A stretch of 64,000 bases of DNA from Cyanidioschyzon merolae (Eukaryota): assembly GCA_000091205.1 (NCBI GenBank), contig AP006496.2, one strand, 5' to 3'. Within the stretch, counting starts at the first letter, position 1; each line of letters opens with the position of its first letter. The notes under the pieces are model-generated. The model ran no database searches, was not told the origin of the DNA, and saw only the letters and a program-made list of their open reading frames with translations. Made by a program: the position numbers and the translations under genes. Positions 44,698 through 54,626 of this stretch are shown piece by piece.

Positions 44698-46731
44698 GTG
44701 GGCGTGTGCAGAAGCACCGAAGAAGGGGTGCTCGTGGCAGAGGGCATGCTCACCGGCTGGACCGTGCACTCGCCGACGGTTCTGAGCTGGGTTCTCGTCG
44801 GGTTTCACGCCAAACATGGACACCAAATTGAATGTGCAGAGTTAGCGGATGAGCTGTCGGTGAACTGGCAAGTGAACCAGCCAGAAGAACGCTCCGGAGC
44901 TTCAGCGCAGAACCTCAGCAATGACTGGCTTCGCGAGGTGGCCGTGCGAGCGCTTCCCGACGGTGCCCATGAACGCGACCACGACATCGTGTACTTCACC
45001 GTTCGACACTGCGTCACTGTCGACACGTTGTACGGTGTAGCTTGCTACCGACAGCGTCAGGTGGACTGCAGTCGCATCGCTAGCGCTGAGGAGGCTGCTG
45101 CAACAGCCCGAGGTCTCGTCCAAAAGTCTGTGGTATTGTTGAGTCGCTGGCCTCTGTATGCGCTTCTAGCGAGTCGACTAGAGCCGGTGGTTGCCAGTTA
45201 CTTTGCGAAACATAACTTTGGGCAGGTAGACTGCTTCCGGACCTTGGTTACGACGCTGAATGAAGAGGTAGCGGCTGCATTGGGCGACCCTGAAGTGCAA
45301 CGACTGCCGGTATCGACACCAGTGCCAGTGCAGCGACTACCAGCGTGCCTGGATCGCTACGTCTTTGGCGACACGTGTCTCCAACAGCTGGTGACGCGGC
45401 TTCGACGGGACTTGTTGCGCCTGATCAAACTCGTTTTATTAGAAAGGCGCGTTTTGGTCGTTGGGTCACCAGTCGAGCTCGTGGCTAAGGCAGTGCTTTC
45501 GCTGGTCAGCGTTTTCCCGGCCGAGTGTCTGGAGCCGCCACCGAACTCGGGGCGGGACGCTGCACTTGACCTAGCGACGTGCTGTACACTAGCACAACTT
45601 CCTTTTGGTCTGTTCGACCTGTATGGAAGCACGGGCGTGATTCGTGTTGAACCGTATGTGCCGCTGGCGTCTCTACAACCAACGTTAGCCGAACGAGACG
45701 CTGATACTGCTGCTGCCACAACAACGCGCTGGATCGTTGGGGTATCTACACCTGTCGGTCGACTATTTGCGGATGCTTGTCGGTCTGCTGGGGTCTTTGA
45801 ACGCTCACCGGTGCGATCCCTATTCGTAACAGGGCGCTCGGCGTCTGCGCAGACACCACACTCGGTACCTGAGTCGATGTCTCCGGAGCGCAGCGACACC
45901 AGGCCAGCCAAGGCTTCGTGGCGGCCGATGAACGCCTTCCCGCAGCCGCCAGATGCACTGGTGCACCTTGAGCGAGGTCGGGTCTATTTCACGCCGGAAC
46001 TCGCGTCACTTTTAGAGCTAACTCGTTCAGAGAAACGTTTCATAGATGAGCTGGTCCATGCGACTGCACGCGGAGCACTGAACGAGTCAGCAGTGCGAGC
46101 ACGCCTTCAATGGTACATCGTGAAGCTTGCCTTGATAGCTGCAGTGGCTGGTGATGATGCCCCCATGCCCGCTGAACAGCAACCTGCTCTGATCGATGAA
46201 CTAGGTCTCCCGTTTTTCCAGCACTGGAATCGTCATACAACGCATTTTCGACGCTGGCACGCTTCATTGCATAGGGCACATGCGACGCTGCGACGCAACG
46301 CACTGGGACATGTGTTGCGGTACGCGTCGAGCATGCCGACTGCCGTCGATGAACAACAGCAACAACAACATTCGATGCGCGCCTCCTTCGAGGAGCTGGA
46401 CGCGGGGCTGGGGCTGCATTCGCTTCGCCAGGCTTGGATGCGCTGGTGGCGCTCCGCTACCTCCACGGACGATACTCGACGGCAGTCGTCGTGGAGAGTG
46501 CATCACGGAACTGCGGTCACTCGAGTCGAGAGCCGTGGAGCCAGCGATGCTTGGCAGCGCTCCTGGGCACTGCCGTCCATCTCCGCGGGTACCATTGCCG
46601 ACGAAGCATGGGCGTCATCTGGCGAAGCGTCAACGATTCCGCAGGCGAAAGCGCACCTGATGACGCCAGCGGTTGCCGCTGCCTTCACGTCGACGGATAT
46701 CACGTTATTGCGGGATCGCTTGTCGCCCTGA
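44698..46731 (+). CDS. AVL9/DENND6-like (DENN-related longin-fold) protein
   Basis: 677 aa. The N-terminal 'VLVGFHAKHGHQIECA' resembles AVL9/DENND6 'vvGFhH.rG.eiEy'. A central 'LLERRVLVVGSPVELVAKAVLSLVSVFP' matches the DENN-core motif 'LLtEkkilf.S...'. The rest is low complexity. Confidence 0.45.
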   Translation: MGVCRSTEEGVLVAEGMLTGWTVHSPTVLSWVLVGFHAKHGHQIECAELADELSVNWQVNQPEERSGASAQNLSNDWLREVAVRALPDGAHERDHDIVYFTVRHCVTVDTLYGVACYRQRQVDCSRIASAEEAAATARGLVQKSVVLLSRWPLYALLASRLEPVVASYFAKHNFGQVDCFRTLVTTLNEEVAAALGDPEVQRLPVSTPVPVQRLPACLDRYVFGDTCLQQLVTRLRRDLLRLIKLVLLERRVLVVGSPVELVAKAVLSLVSVFPAECLEPPPNSGRDAALDLATCCTLAQLPFGLFDLYGSTGVIRVEPYVPLASLQPTLAERDADTAAATTTRWIVGVSTPVGRLFADACRSAGVFERSPVRSLFVTGRSASAQTPHSVPESMSPERSDTRPAKASWRPMNAFPQPPDALVHLERGRVYFTPELASLLELTRSEKRFIDELVHATARGALNESAVRARLQWYIVKLALIAAVAGDDAPMPAEQQPALIDELGLPFFQHWNRHTTHFRRWHASLHRAHATLRRNALGHVLRYASSMPTAVDEQQQQQHSMRASFEELDAGLGLHSLRQAWMRWWRSATSTDDTRRQSSWRVHHGTAVTRVESRGASDAWQRSWALPSISAGTIADEAWASSGEASTIPQAKAHLMTPAVAAAFTSTDITLLRDRLSP

Positions 46732-47563
46732 TAGCAATGACGACACTCATCGCGCGGGAGAGGCGGTGGAGGTGGCGCTCTATGAGCAGCACAGATATTT
46801 CTCGATGTATCATTGTAAACGCGGGACTTGTAGATTCGTGTCTTTGGCACCAACGGACACCTCTTCTGTACAGAGCGGTGCATGCTGGAATGCTTGTACC
46901 AGTTTATCCTTATTGTTTTCGTTTGTTTCTCGTGCAAGGAGTTCAATAAAAGGAATGTGTCTCGTGGACTGGACAGAGATCGCGGAAAGCTTTGATGTTG
47001 TGGTCGCTATTGGCTTGCGATAATGAGCGACCTGACTATCCCAGGGCTCGGTATTGTCGAGCGTTGGGCATGCGCGCTCTCAGGGCCGTATCGAGAAGCG
47101 CGGAATACCTGGCACACTTCATGCCGTGAGCACACGAGCGATCCAGTGGCACACGCGGACGATCTTTGGTAGGTGTACATGGTGCTGCACTGGGGTTGCA
47201 AAGCGTTTCTTCTGCATGAAGGCAAGAGGCGTGCATTCGCTAACTTGTTCAATGCGTTGGAAAATAAAAAATGACTCCCAATTCGCGTCATGTGGTGGTA
47301 GCCTCCAGCGATGGATGTGCGGTTGCGCGCAAGAGCTGCCTGGTCTCTGCTGCTTCGAGGAGCGCGTAGAACGAGTGCAGGAATCGATGCTGCAAGATTC
47401 ACGTCAACTCATTCAGGACGACGTACAGGCATCACGAGCTCTGGTCAAAATTGAAATACGTAGAGAAGAAGAGAGCGCAACAGAGACGGATGCATGAAAT
47501 GGTGTACGGTATGCTGAGCGTACGTCAGCATGGGTTCCAAGTGAATCCAACGGGCTTGCACAG

Positions 47564-47590
47564 GTGTGTGTGTGTGTATGTGTTTGTGTG
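47564..47590. repeat. (TG)n microsatellite
   Basis: gtgtgtgtgtgtgtatgtgtttgtgtg. Confidence 0.8.
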
Positions 47591-47953
47591 ATTCCATCAG
47601 CTACGAAGCACCCATGTACGTTCTATATGGGGAATCGCATGCCCCGACGAACACCGGAAATGTATTGTGCTTCGAGAGCGCCCGTCGGTTTTGTGTGGAG
47701 CGAACTGGCGAGTGAATCGTTTAGTACTCAGTTTGGGCCCTGCGCTGAAACGCTGCAGAGTTTCGATGCAAAGTATCAGTTGCCAGAATCGAGGCGTTGA
47801 AATCTCGCTTGGATCGAGGCACTCTTCTGGTGCGGTCAACAGCCAAGCAAGGCTGGGGCACCATACAGATACACCGGCAACGGAGTTCCTGGAATTTTCG
47901 TGAACAAAAATGGTGTCCCGTGATCCCATGCTCCAGAGTCCAGATCGTTGGGG

Positions 47954-48742
47954 TTAGGATACAGGCTCCACGCTGGCCATGATGCCCTCTGCTAGCAGAC
48001 GTCCACAGCAGCACTCGGCGAGCCGCTCACTCGGCATGAGCACCTCGGCTCGTCCGCACCGCTCCAGTATTCGAGCGGTCGCCACGGCCGTGCCAAAGCC
48101 CATTTGCGGGACATGGCTTACGAGAGCGCGCACAACGTGCTCCGTGGAGTGGCCCTGCTCGAGCGTCTGTGCTCGGAAGAGCACAACTCGATAGACCGGC
48201 GCGCGTATCGTCCAGTTTTCGGGGCCTGTGGTCGACGGCTGGGCGCTGCTGGCTCCAGCGGCGCTGGGCGCAGCGGCGACAGCAGCGTTCGCCGGAGCGC
48301 TGCGACTGGACTCTCCCTTAGTATCACGGAAGAAAGACGGCAAGCGTTGGACGCGTTCCAACTCGCGAGCAGAGGCGCGCGGAGCGCCTCGTCGTCGGGC
48401 AGCAAGCCACGCTGCCGTGGTCTCCAACAGCACCATCAGCTGCACGCGAACAACTGCAGGCGCAGGTCGAGCCGGTTGTGCGTTTCCGTGAGGACTCCCA
48501 TTGGGCGTTGCTGCGTGCTGCTCAGGAGGTTGCCCAAAACGACGCTCCTCATCAACACCGTCGTCACTGCTGCCGCTCGCCGCTGTACTAGCGTAACACG
48601 AACAGCGCCGACGCTTCGGAGCAACCACGCCCGCGGGCGCTCCGCTGACGCTCCAACGGTGCCCAGGTTGTAGGCGTTGCAAGGTACACACGACGAAAAC
48701 CATACCGGTGTTTACGCCAGAGTCGAGCGTCACGATGTGCAA
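47954..48742 (-). CDS. organellar ribosomal protein bL12 (L7/L12)-like; alternative assignment ClpS-like adaptor (same alpha/beta fold)
   Basis: 262 aa. The N-terminus is basic and A/S-rich (targeting-peptide-like). An Ala-rich hinge 'APANAAVAAAPSAAGASSA' is followed by 'VYRVVLF...VVRALVSHVPQMGFGTAVATARILERCGRAEVLMPSERLAECCCGRLLAEGIMASVEP', which aligns with the L12 C-terminal domain 'FDVILK...[21 protein letters not shown]...AEALKKALEEAGAEVEVK'. ClpS 'YKVILVNDDYTPMEFV...' is a weaker alternative. The real start may be internal (e.g. M at about 48436). Confidence 0.4.
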   Translation of the reverse strand: MHIVTLDSGVNTGMVFVVCTLQRLQPGHRWSVSGAPAGVVAPKRRRCSCYASTAASGSSDDGVDEERRFGQPPEQHAATPNGSPHGNAQPARPAPAVVRVQLMVLLETTAAWLAARRRGAPRASARELERVQRLPSFFRDTKGESSRSAPANAAVAAAPSAAGASSAQPSTTGPENWTIRAPVYRVVLFRAQTLEQGHSTEHVVRALVSHVPQMGFGTAVATARILERCGRAEVLMPSERLAECCCGRLLAEGIMASVEPVS

Positions 48743-48789
48743 CTTTCAGCAACACTTATGCGCAGTAGATAGTACGTACGGGCGCCGCA

Positions 48790-51700
48790 GCCAAACGCCT
48801 TTCGAAAGTCGAACGACGTCGGGCGTGTACAGTAGCGGCGACCGGCGGCCTAGACGTAACGCTTCCAGCTGGTGTGCAGACGCCTCCCAGCGTTTCTCGG
48901 CGGGCCACGTACTATTTCTTCTAATTTCGTCTCATATACTTCTACTTTTCGAGATTGTCCAACAAAATTCCCTCTTGTCTACTCTGGAGGTCTGTTCTCC
49001 AGCACTGCCCATCTCCGGATATTGATAGCGGCGTTAAAGTCACGATTCACAAAATCCATACGTCTCCTGCAATCTCTGGTTGTACTTTCTGATGCAAGTA
49101 GTCCACGAACTTTCGCTCTCCTTTCAATTTGCTCTTCCGTCAGCGGTTCGTGCTTTGCTATTTCCGAACGGCTCGTTGGCACTTTTCCATCTCCACTGTC
49201 TGAAGTGTACAACCCATTTCATGGTGTGTATAGGACGTTCGGAACTCATGTACAGGTATCGTGAAGAAACGCCTTGCGCACTCTTTGTATGTTCTTGCCG
49301 TTGGAACTGGCGCAGTCCCTTTTTTCGACGCCGAGCACCCTGCTCTGTACGCTACTACGAGCCTCTGACTTTCATCCTCCTTCAGGGCGCTCAACTGATT
49401 GAAAAAATTCGCGAACGCCCGCTGCTTCCCACAATACAAGTTCATTCACAAACGAGCCCACCGGGGCTTGGTATACTCCTCCCACAGCGCCTCCCAATGA
49501 GCAGCGCGAACTTTCATGAATTTCCGAAAAGCTTCAAAGTCCGCTCCTCGGCTAGTCACCTCGCTCAAAGCTTCCATGTGATCCTTCACTCCTGAATTCC
49601 ATTTCTCGATTTTCTTCCTTGCATTCATTATACCGGATTCTCGATAGTATCTTGGTCTCGAGAACCTCAAAAGACGCATGTCTCTCTAACGAAAGTTACC
49701 ACCAGTACTATCTTCCGCACGCTTCGGTGCTGCGATGGTGATGATATTCGTATTCCCGGGGTCCGCGCCAACGACAAAGTCGTTATCTTGTACTTTCTGT
49801 GCCGCAGGATCCGCCTTCTTGTTTTCTTCATGCTTCGTCGCGCCAACGACAAAGTCGTTATCTTCCACTTTCTGGGTCGCAGGATCCTCCTCTTTCTTTT
49901 CTTCATGCTCCGCCGCGTCAACGACAATGTGGTTATCCTCCACCTCCTGCGTCGCAGGATCCTCCTCTTTCTTTTCTTCATGCTCCGCCGCGTCAACGAC
50001 AAAGTCGTTATCCTCCGTCTCCTGCGTAGCAGGGTGCGCCTCCTTCTCATCTTCATGCCTCGCCGCATCAACGACATGGTCGTTATCTTCCACCTCCTGC
50101 ATGAGAGGATCCTCCTCTTTGTTTTCTTCATCCTTCGTCATGGGCGCAGTCGAGGGCGGAATTGGACGATCTTTCTTCAACCGCCGATAGTGTATACACA
50201 TGGCTACTCCATCGGTTTCGATCAACCCAGTAAATACCTTTTGTTTGGTCTCTTTGAGACGTTTGAAATTGAAGATATTCTTCCAGTACGTCTCCCGGTT
50301 ATCACCGGAGAACTCCTTGTTGCTAACATTGAACTCCGGACAGATCTCCTTCATGATGCCATGAAGGATCCTGGAGTCGATACTCACAAAATGTGACTTG
50401 ATGTTGCACAACGGAACCACGTTGAACCGCTTACCCATTAGGAAAGCCTTCTGTCTCTCCCACTCTTCATTTTTCCTCACTCAGCTTCATCTCCGCCTTG
50501 CGTTCGAGTTCTCGATTCAGGAATACGAAATAGAGCAGGATGAGTTGATAGCATCTTTTTTCATCTTTTTTGAACTCTGATATTTTTTCTGTTGGATTCG
50601 CCAGCCCCATGACTGCACGGTGCTCTTGTATAACCGCACGGATTACAGAAGCCTCATTCGTGCTCTCGTTTGGCGCCTTCTTGTCGACAAATTCGACCTC
50701 ATCTTCATACTTTCGATCGTTCGTGATGCCATTGATAATCGCCCATATTCCTTTGCGAGACAGGCCCGGGTAGAGTGGAAACACGGTGCGTATTATGAAA
50801 CGTTCGAGGTTCATTGTCAAATGGTTCTTCAGGTTCGTGATGTGCTTCATCGCCCCGTAGCCGTAAATACCCCGGTCACCCTTGTATCGAGTACCGTTGA
50901 AGCTGTAAAAGGGATGTTTTTCGTGGGGGCCATGCACTAGCACATTTTCCCTCCGCGTTTTCTCTCCACCAAGCATCAGGTGTCGAATAAAGGTGATGTC
51001 GAAAAACTCGTCTGGAATCTCGACCGTTTCGATGTGCGTCACGTCTTTGTACATCTCCCTCGCCAAATGCATCAGCCCTGACGACGCCTTGACAATACTC
51101 TTGGAGTACGAGTCGACGCGTTTTTCGATAGCGTCTCGCAACTTTTCCCTGTACGGATCCTTGATATGGCCAAGAAGAAAGGCTCTCATCACCTTCTCGT
51201 CGTACAGTCGTCTTTCTTGCCGCCTTCGACGTAGGACCTCTCCCCTTCGGTTCTTTTTCTTCTCCTTTTCTTCTGGGCTCGGCACTGTTTTTCGTTTTTT
51301 CTGGCAGCCAGCGATACTGGGCCTCCAGGATCGTCGACTTGCTTTTTCATAGCTTTCCTTTTTCAGTTTTTTTAAATGAACCCGCTGTGAATGCTTCGGT
51401 TATATACTGCGAAAAAACACTTGGCCAGACTTGTTTGAGGGTTGAAACACCAATGAACTGAAAACTATATTTTTGTTCGACTCCGACGCAAATACAACTT
51501 TTACAGCTGAACAACACGCTCCTGGTCAGCATCGCGGTTCCTTTCAACGGCGGCATGTGCATCGCGTCAGTTGACTGCCTGATCTCCGAGATGCGTTCAT
51601 TAAGCGCAATGCGTCCATCGCACGAGACGCCACTCCAGTCGATGAAGGACACGTGTCCGACACCCCGCATTGGCACATGCGTGTTCGCATCGCATTGCAG

Positions 51701-51790
51701 CCAAACTAAAGTATCGTAGATAGGAAACTCACGTAGAACGATCTCTTGCTATAGACGCTGTCGCTGGTGCCGAAGCTACTGCCCATCGCA
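48790..51790 (-). mobile_element. Fanzor/TnpB-like (OMEGA-family) nuclease element, copy 1; AT-richer than surroundings; frame-disrupted
   Basis: The encoded protein pieces carry a basic NLS-like N-terminus (EKEKKKNRRGEVLRRRRQERR), the RuvC-I motif '[15 protein letters not shown]', the mid motif 'VHEFRTSYTHHE' and the RuvC-III motif 'FVNRDFNAAINIRR'. Non-coding homology to copy 2 extends about 500 bp 5' of the ATG and about 190 bp 3' of the stop. Local GC is clearly lower than the flanks. Confidence 0.65.
48979..51350 (-). pseudogene. Fanzor/TnpB-like RuvC nuclease coding region, copy 1 (split into 5 ORF pieces by frameshifts)
   Basis: The ORF pieces are 50467-51285, 49686-50480, 49446-49679, 49158-49445 and 48979-49212, all on the minus strand, and concatenate into one Fanzor-like protein. 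The breaks after KLSEEK and after EKCQRAVRK are absent in copy 2. The breaks at GNFR/MRLL and near the N-terminal MKKQ ORF are shared with copy 2. Confidence 0.6.
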
Positions 51791-52563
51791 GTACCGCCTG
51801 GACATACATGGAAATGTTGGGACCTAACGCGATACCTCGTGATGCTTCTATCAAAAGCGTAGCGTTCTCTGCGGCTTACCGTTGTGTGGATGACGTATGC
51901 ATCACTCTTCTCACTAGGAATTTCGTTAGTTTTATTCATCGTAACCAAACTAGGTACGGTGGGATTCCTGAACACGGACATACGTTTAATGCCGATGCTT
52001 GTCACGCATGCTACACTGACGCTGGAATGAGGAACTGACCTGAATTGTGCTTCTATCCTGCGTCATAGGCTGGTACTGATGACCGTTCAAGTCATTTCCA
52101 TGCTGCTGTCGTTGTCTAACTTATGGTGCCTGCTTCGTCCTCCGGATCCGGTGATCTTGGCAGAGGCATAGCACACTCGACCGGCCCCCTGCTATCGGTT
52201 TCAGCTTCTCCTTGTTCACCTCTGGCCTGGGAGGTTCCCCCAGAAAGTTGGACCGCGTCAGCTCCGCCGGTCGCGCGTTCATCACCATTCATCATCTGAT
52301 ATTGATGGCGTTTTGTCTGAAACGCTCGTGATAGAGCTGAGGTCAAGAAGCGATCAATCTTGACCGACGCTATCAAACGAGCGGTACCAGAAGCTGAGGG
52401 CTGCAGCCGGCACCAGGTGCTCTGATGCCTACATGCTGGCCGTGAATAGTGCGTGACGAAGTCGCACAGCATGCCACGGTTTCCTAGTACGTAAACCAAG
52501 CACGTATTCGAAACGTTCGGGTTCAGTGTGATGACGAGTCGCCGCTACGGCATTCTGGGAAAA

Positions 52564-53079
52564 TCATCCGAGTGCGCTATGGTTGTTCGAACATCGAGCA
52601 TCATCACGTGTATGGGTGCGTTTCACTGCACGAGTTGCAACGATCATCGAATCCACCATCATCCAAAAGTGACGAAAATTTACAAGCGTACCGGGCTCGC
52701 ACCTCCAGGTCAGGACGTGCCCACCAGCACGCAAACAAATTTCGTGCCCTGCTGTGCTTTCACCAAAAACGAAAGGAAACATGCGTTTCCTCGACCAGGG
52801 ATAGAGGGTTCCGAATTCCTTCAGATACTGCCGATGTTTCGTCCGAACCCAGACCAGCATCTGCAGTGTGCCCACGAGCATACACAGGATGCCTGCGATT
52901 GTTCGCATCATCGAGATCAATCCTACCCACGCCAGTACCTCAAATATGCAGTTCGGATACGACACGAACTCGAAAAGCAAGCCGAATGGGATCCGCCACC
53001 AGCAGCGGCCGCGAAACCCGATTGCAAACCGCTCCCGCAAGCCATTTGGGCAAACGAGTGGTGCAGCGCGCATATTCAT
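52564..53079 (-). CDS. 3-oxo-5-alpha-steroid 4-dehydrogenase (SRD5A/polyprenol reductase) C-terminal-domain protein
   Basis: 171 aa. 'RIPFGLLFEFVSYPNCIFEVLAWVGLI...RTKHRQYLKEFGTLYPWSRKRMFPFVF*' matches the SRD5A C-terminal signature 'GG.feyvS.PNY.gE..eW.G.......H..Y...F..YP..RkalIPfif'. It is shorter than full-length family members; the N-terminal TM helices were not found. Confidence 0.45.
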   Translation of the reverse strand: MNMRAAPLVCPNGLRERFAIGFRGRCWWRIPFGLLFEFVSYPNCIFEVLAWVGLISMMRTIAGILCMLVGTLQMLVWVRTKHRQYLKEFGTLYPWSRKRMFPFVFGESTAGHEICLRAGGHVLTWRCEPGTLVNFRHFWMMVDSMIVATRAVKRTHTRDDARCSNNHSALG

Positions 53080-53664
53080 ATAATGCAGCAGCAGTAGCAG
53101 CAGCAGAGTGCATCTAGGGGTGTGCGTGGATGGTGAGCATGCGTTGCGCAGCTACGATGTGCTTTCGTTGAATGCGGCAGATAGCTGCATGGATCGTTGC
53201 GTGCGGTGCGCTGCTGTGATGCGCTTTACGGGCGGCGTTCGGGAAACCTGCTTTTGCCTCACGGGAGCGCGCGTCAGTGTCGAGTAGCCCGTCGGCAGGG
53301 CCGGACAGCATCTCTTGCAAACGAGTCCGCTGGCAGCGAATCGAGCAGGCGATACGACGTTGCGCTCGTCATCGGATATCGGCACTGCAAGGCACACGGA
53401 TACCTGTAGAGCTCGTAGTTGATCGGTCTGCAACACGGTTCGGCATGCGCCTCGCCAGGGAACTGCAGAGCAAGTGTGTGCGTGCACAAACGATGCGCGC
53501 TCTGGGCTGGAAAACGACGCTGCGTCGCAGCTTGTGTCCGCAAAATATACGTACTCCTCTGGTTCGGTATCGGAAACCGCAGTAGCTACTCGCGCAGGTG
53601 CTGCTGACACAGGTATCGATTGCGCGGCGCCTGAGCGCAATATCCAACCGCCGCGACTCTGCGC

Positions 53665-54240
53665 TCACATGTGCGCTTCGATGCCACGGAGGATTTCTTC
53701 GGCCTTGGCGCCGTTAATCGTGAGCACGCGGTCACCATTCTTGTAGAAATGAAAGCTCGGTACGCTGCGAATACCAGCGGCCTTCATCATCATAGATGTT
53801 TCCTTGGACTTATCCCCCACCACTTTTAAGAACACCACGTCGGTGTACTCCTCACTCCATGATTCCATCTTCGGTTCCATGAGTTTGCACGGCCCGCACC
53901 AGGTGGTCCCGTAATCGACAACAATGAGCTTGTTCCCCGCTTCCGACAGGATGCGTTCCATTTCCTCTTGTGAATCAACTTCCCGAACCGCCATCCTAGG
54001 CCGAAGCGAACCCAGAGGCCTGCGGCGGCTGTAGCTGTAGCTGCAGCGGTGGTGGTGGTGGTGGTGGTGTCCAGACCCAACGCCCTGCTGCACCGTTCCG
54101 AGGGCGTGTCGGCGCCATAGCGGCGCTTTACTGCCACTAGCAAGCAAGGCCCGTGTACACACCGCGCCACTACCGAGGTCAGCGCGTTTCCCGACCGATC
54201 CCGCAACAGGTACTGATACAAAGCAACTGATTCCTACCAT
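53665..54240 (-). CDS. TRX: thioredoxin (WCGPC active site); core domain from ATG at 53994, upstream in-frame 82-aa extension with (His)7 may be a presequence
   Basis: 'LIVVDYGTTWCGPCKLMEPKMESWSEEYTDVVFLKV...GIRSVPSFHFYKNGDRVLTINGA' is a canonical thioredoxin. The longer ORF adds an R/S-rich N-terminus containing HHHHHHH encoded by (GTG)n. Confidence 0.8.
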   Translation of the reverse strand: MVGISCFVSVPVAGSVGKRADLGSGAVCTRALLASGSKAPLWRRHALGTVQQGVGSGHHHHHHHRCSYSYSRRRPLGSLRPRMAVREVDSQEEMERILSEAGNKLIVVDYGTTWCGPCKLMEPKMESWSEEYTDVVFLKVVGDKSKETSMMMKAAGIRSVPSFHFYKNGDRVLTINGAKAEEILRGIEAHM

Positions 54241-54425
54241 TTCCGTCTCTCAGGGTCCTGCTTGTGTGGAGTACACGTTGCCCAGCAAAGCACCAGCGTA
54301 GAGCAGTCGCCACAACGATCTCCGCGCCTGTGCGCTGCGGCTGGCGCACTGCCGCATCTCATCGAGGCGAGATCGCGGCGCCTGGAAGTGGACATCAGCG
54401 GCGGCAGCGGCGGCAGCGGCAGCAG

Positions 54426-54626
54426 GTGTCACGAGCACGGGGTGCGGACATATACCAACGAACATACGGTGTGTCGATGGGTGCTGCTTTGGGTGTCACG
54501 CGCACGGGGTTCCGAAGTATATCAGTGAACATACGATGTGTCGATGGGCGCTGCTTTGGGTGTCACGCGCACGGGGTGCGGACGTATATCAGTGAACATA
54601 CGGTGTGTCGATGGGCGCTGCATTGG
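54426..54626. repeat. 67-bp tandem repeat x3 upstream of the thioredoxin gene
   Basis: The unit 'gtgtcacgcgcacggggtgcggac.tata.cagtgaacatacggtgtgtcgatgggcgctgctttgg' is repeated three times contiguously, about 190-430 bp 5' of the thioredoxin ORF. Confidence 0.8.

Noticed and set aside
47954-48742. Confident ClpS assignment for this ORF
   Set aside because: The ClpS N-degron-binding residues (NDDYTP) are not conserved. The Ala-rich hinge plus the C-terminal 'GFGTAVATARILE...LLAEGIMASVEP' fits the bL12 C-terminal domain at least as well. Reported as ambiguous.
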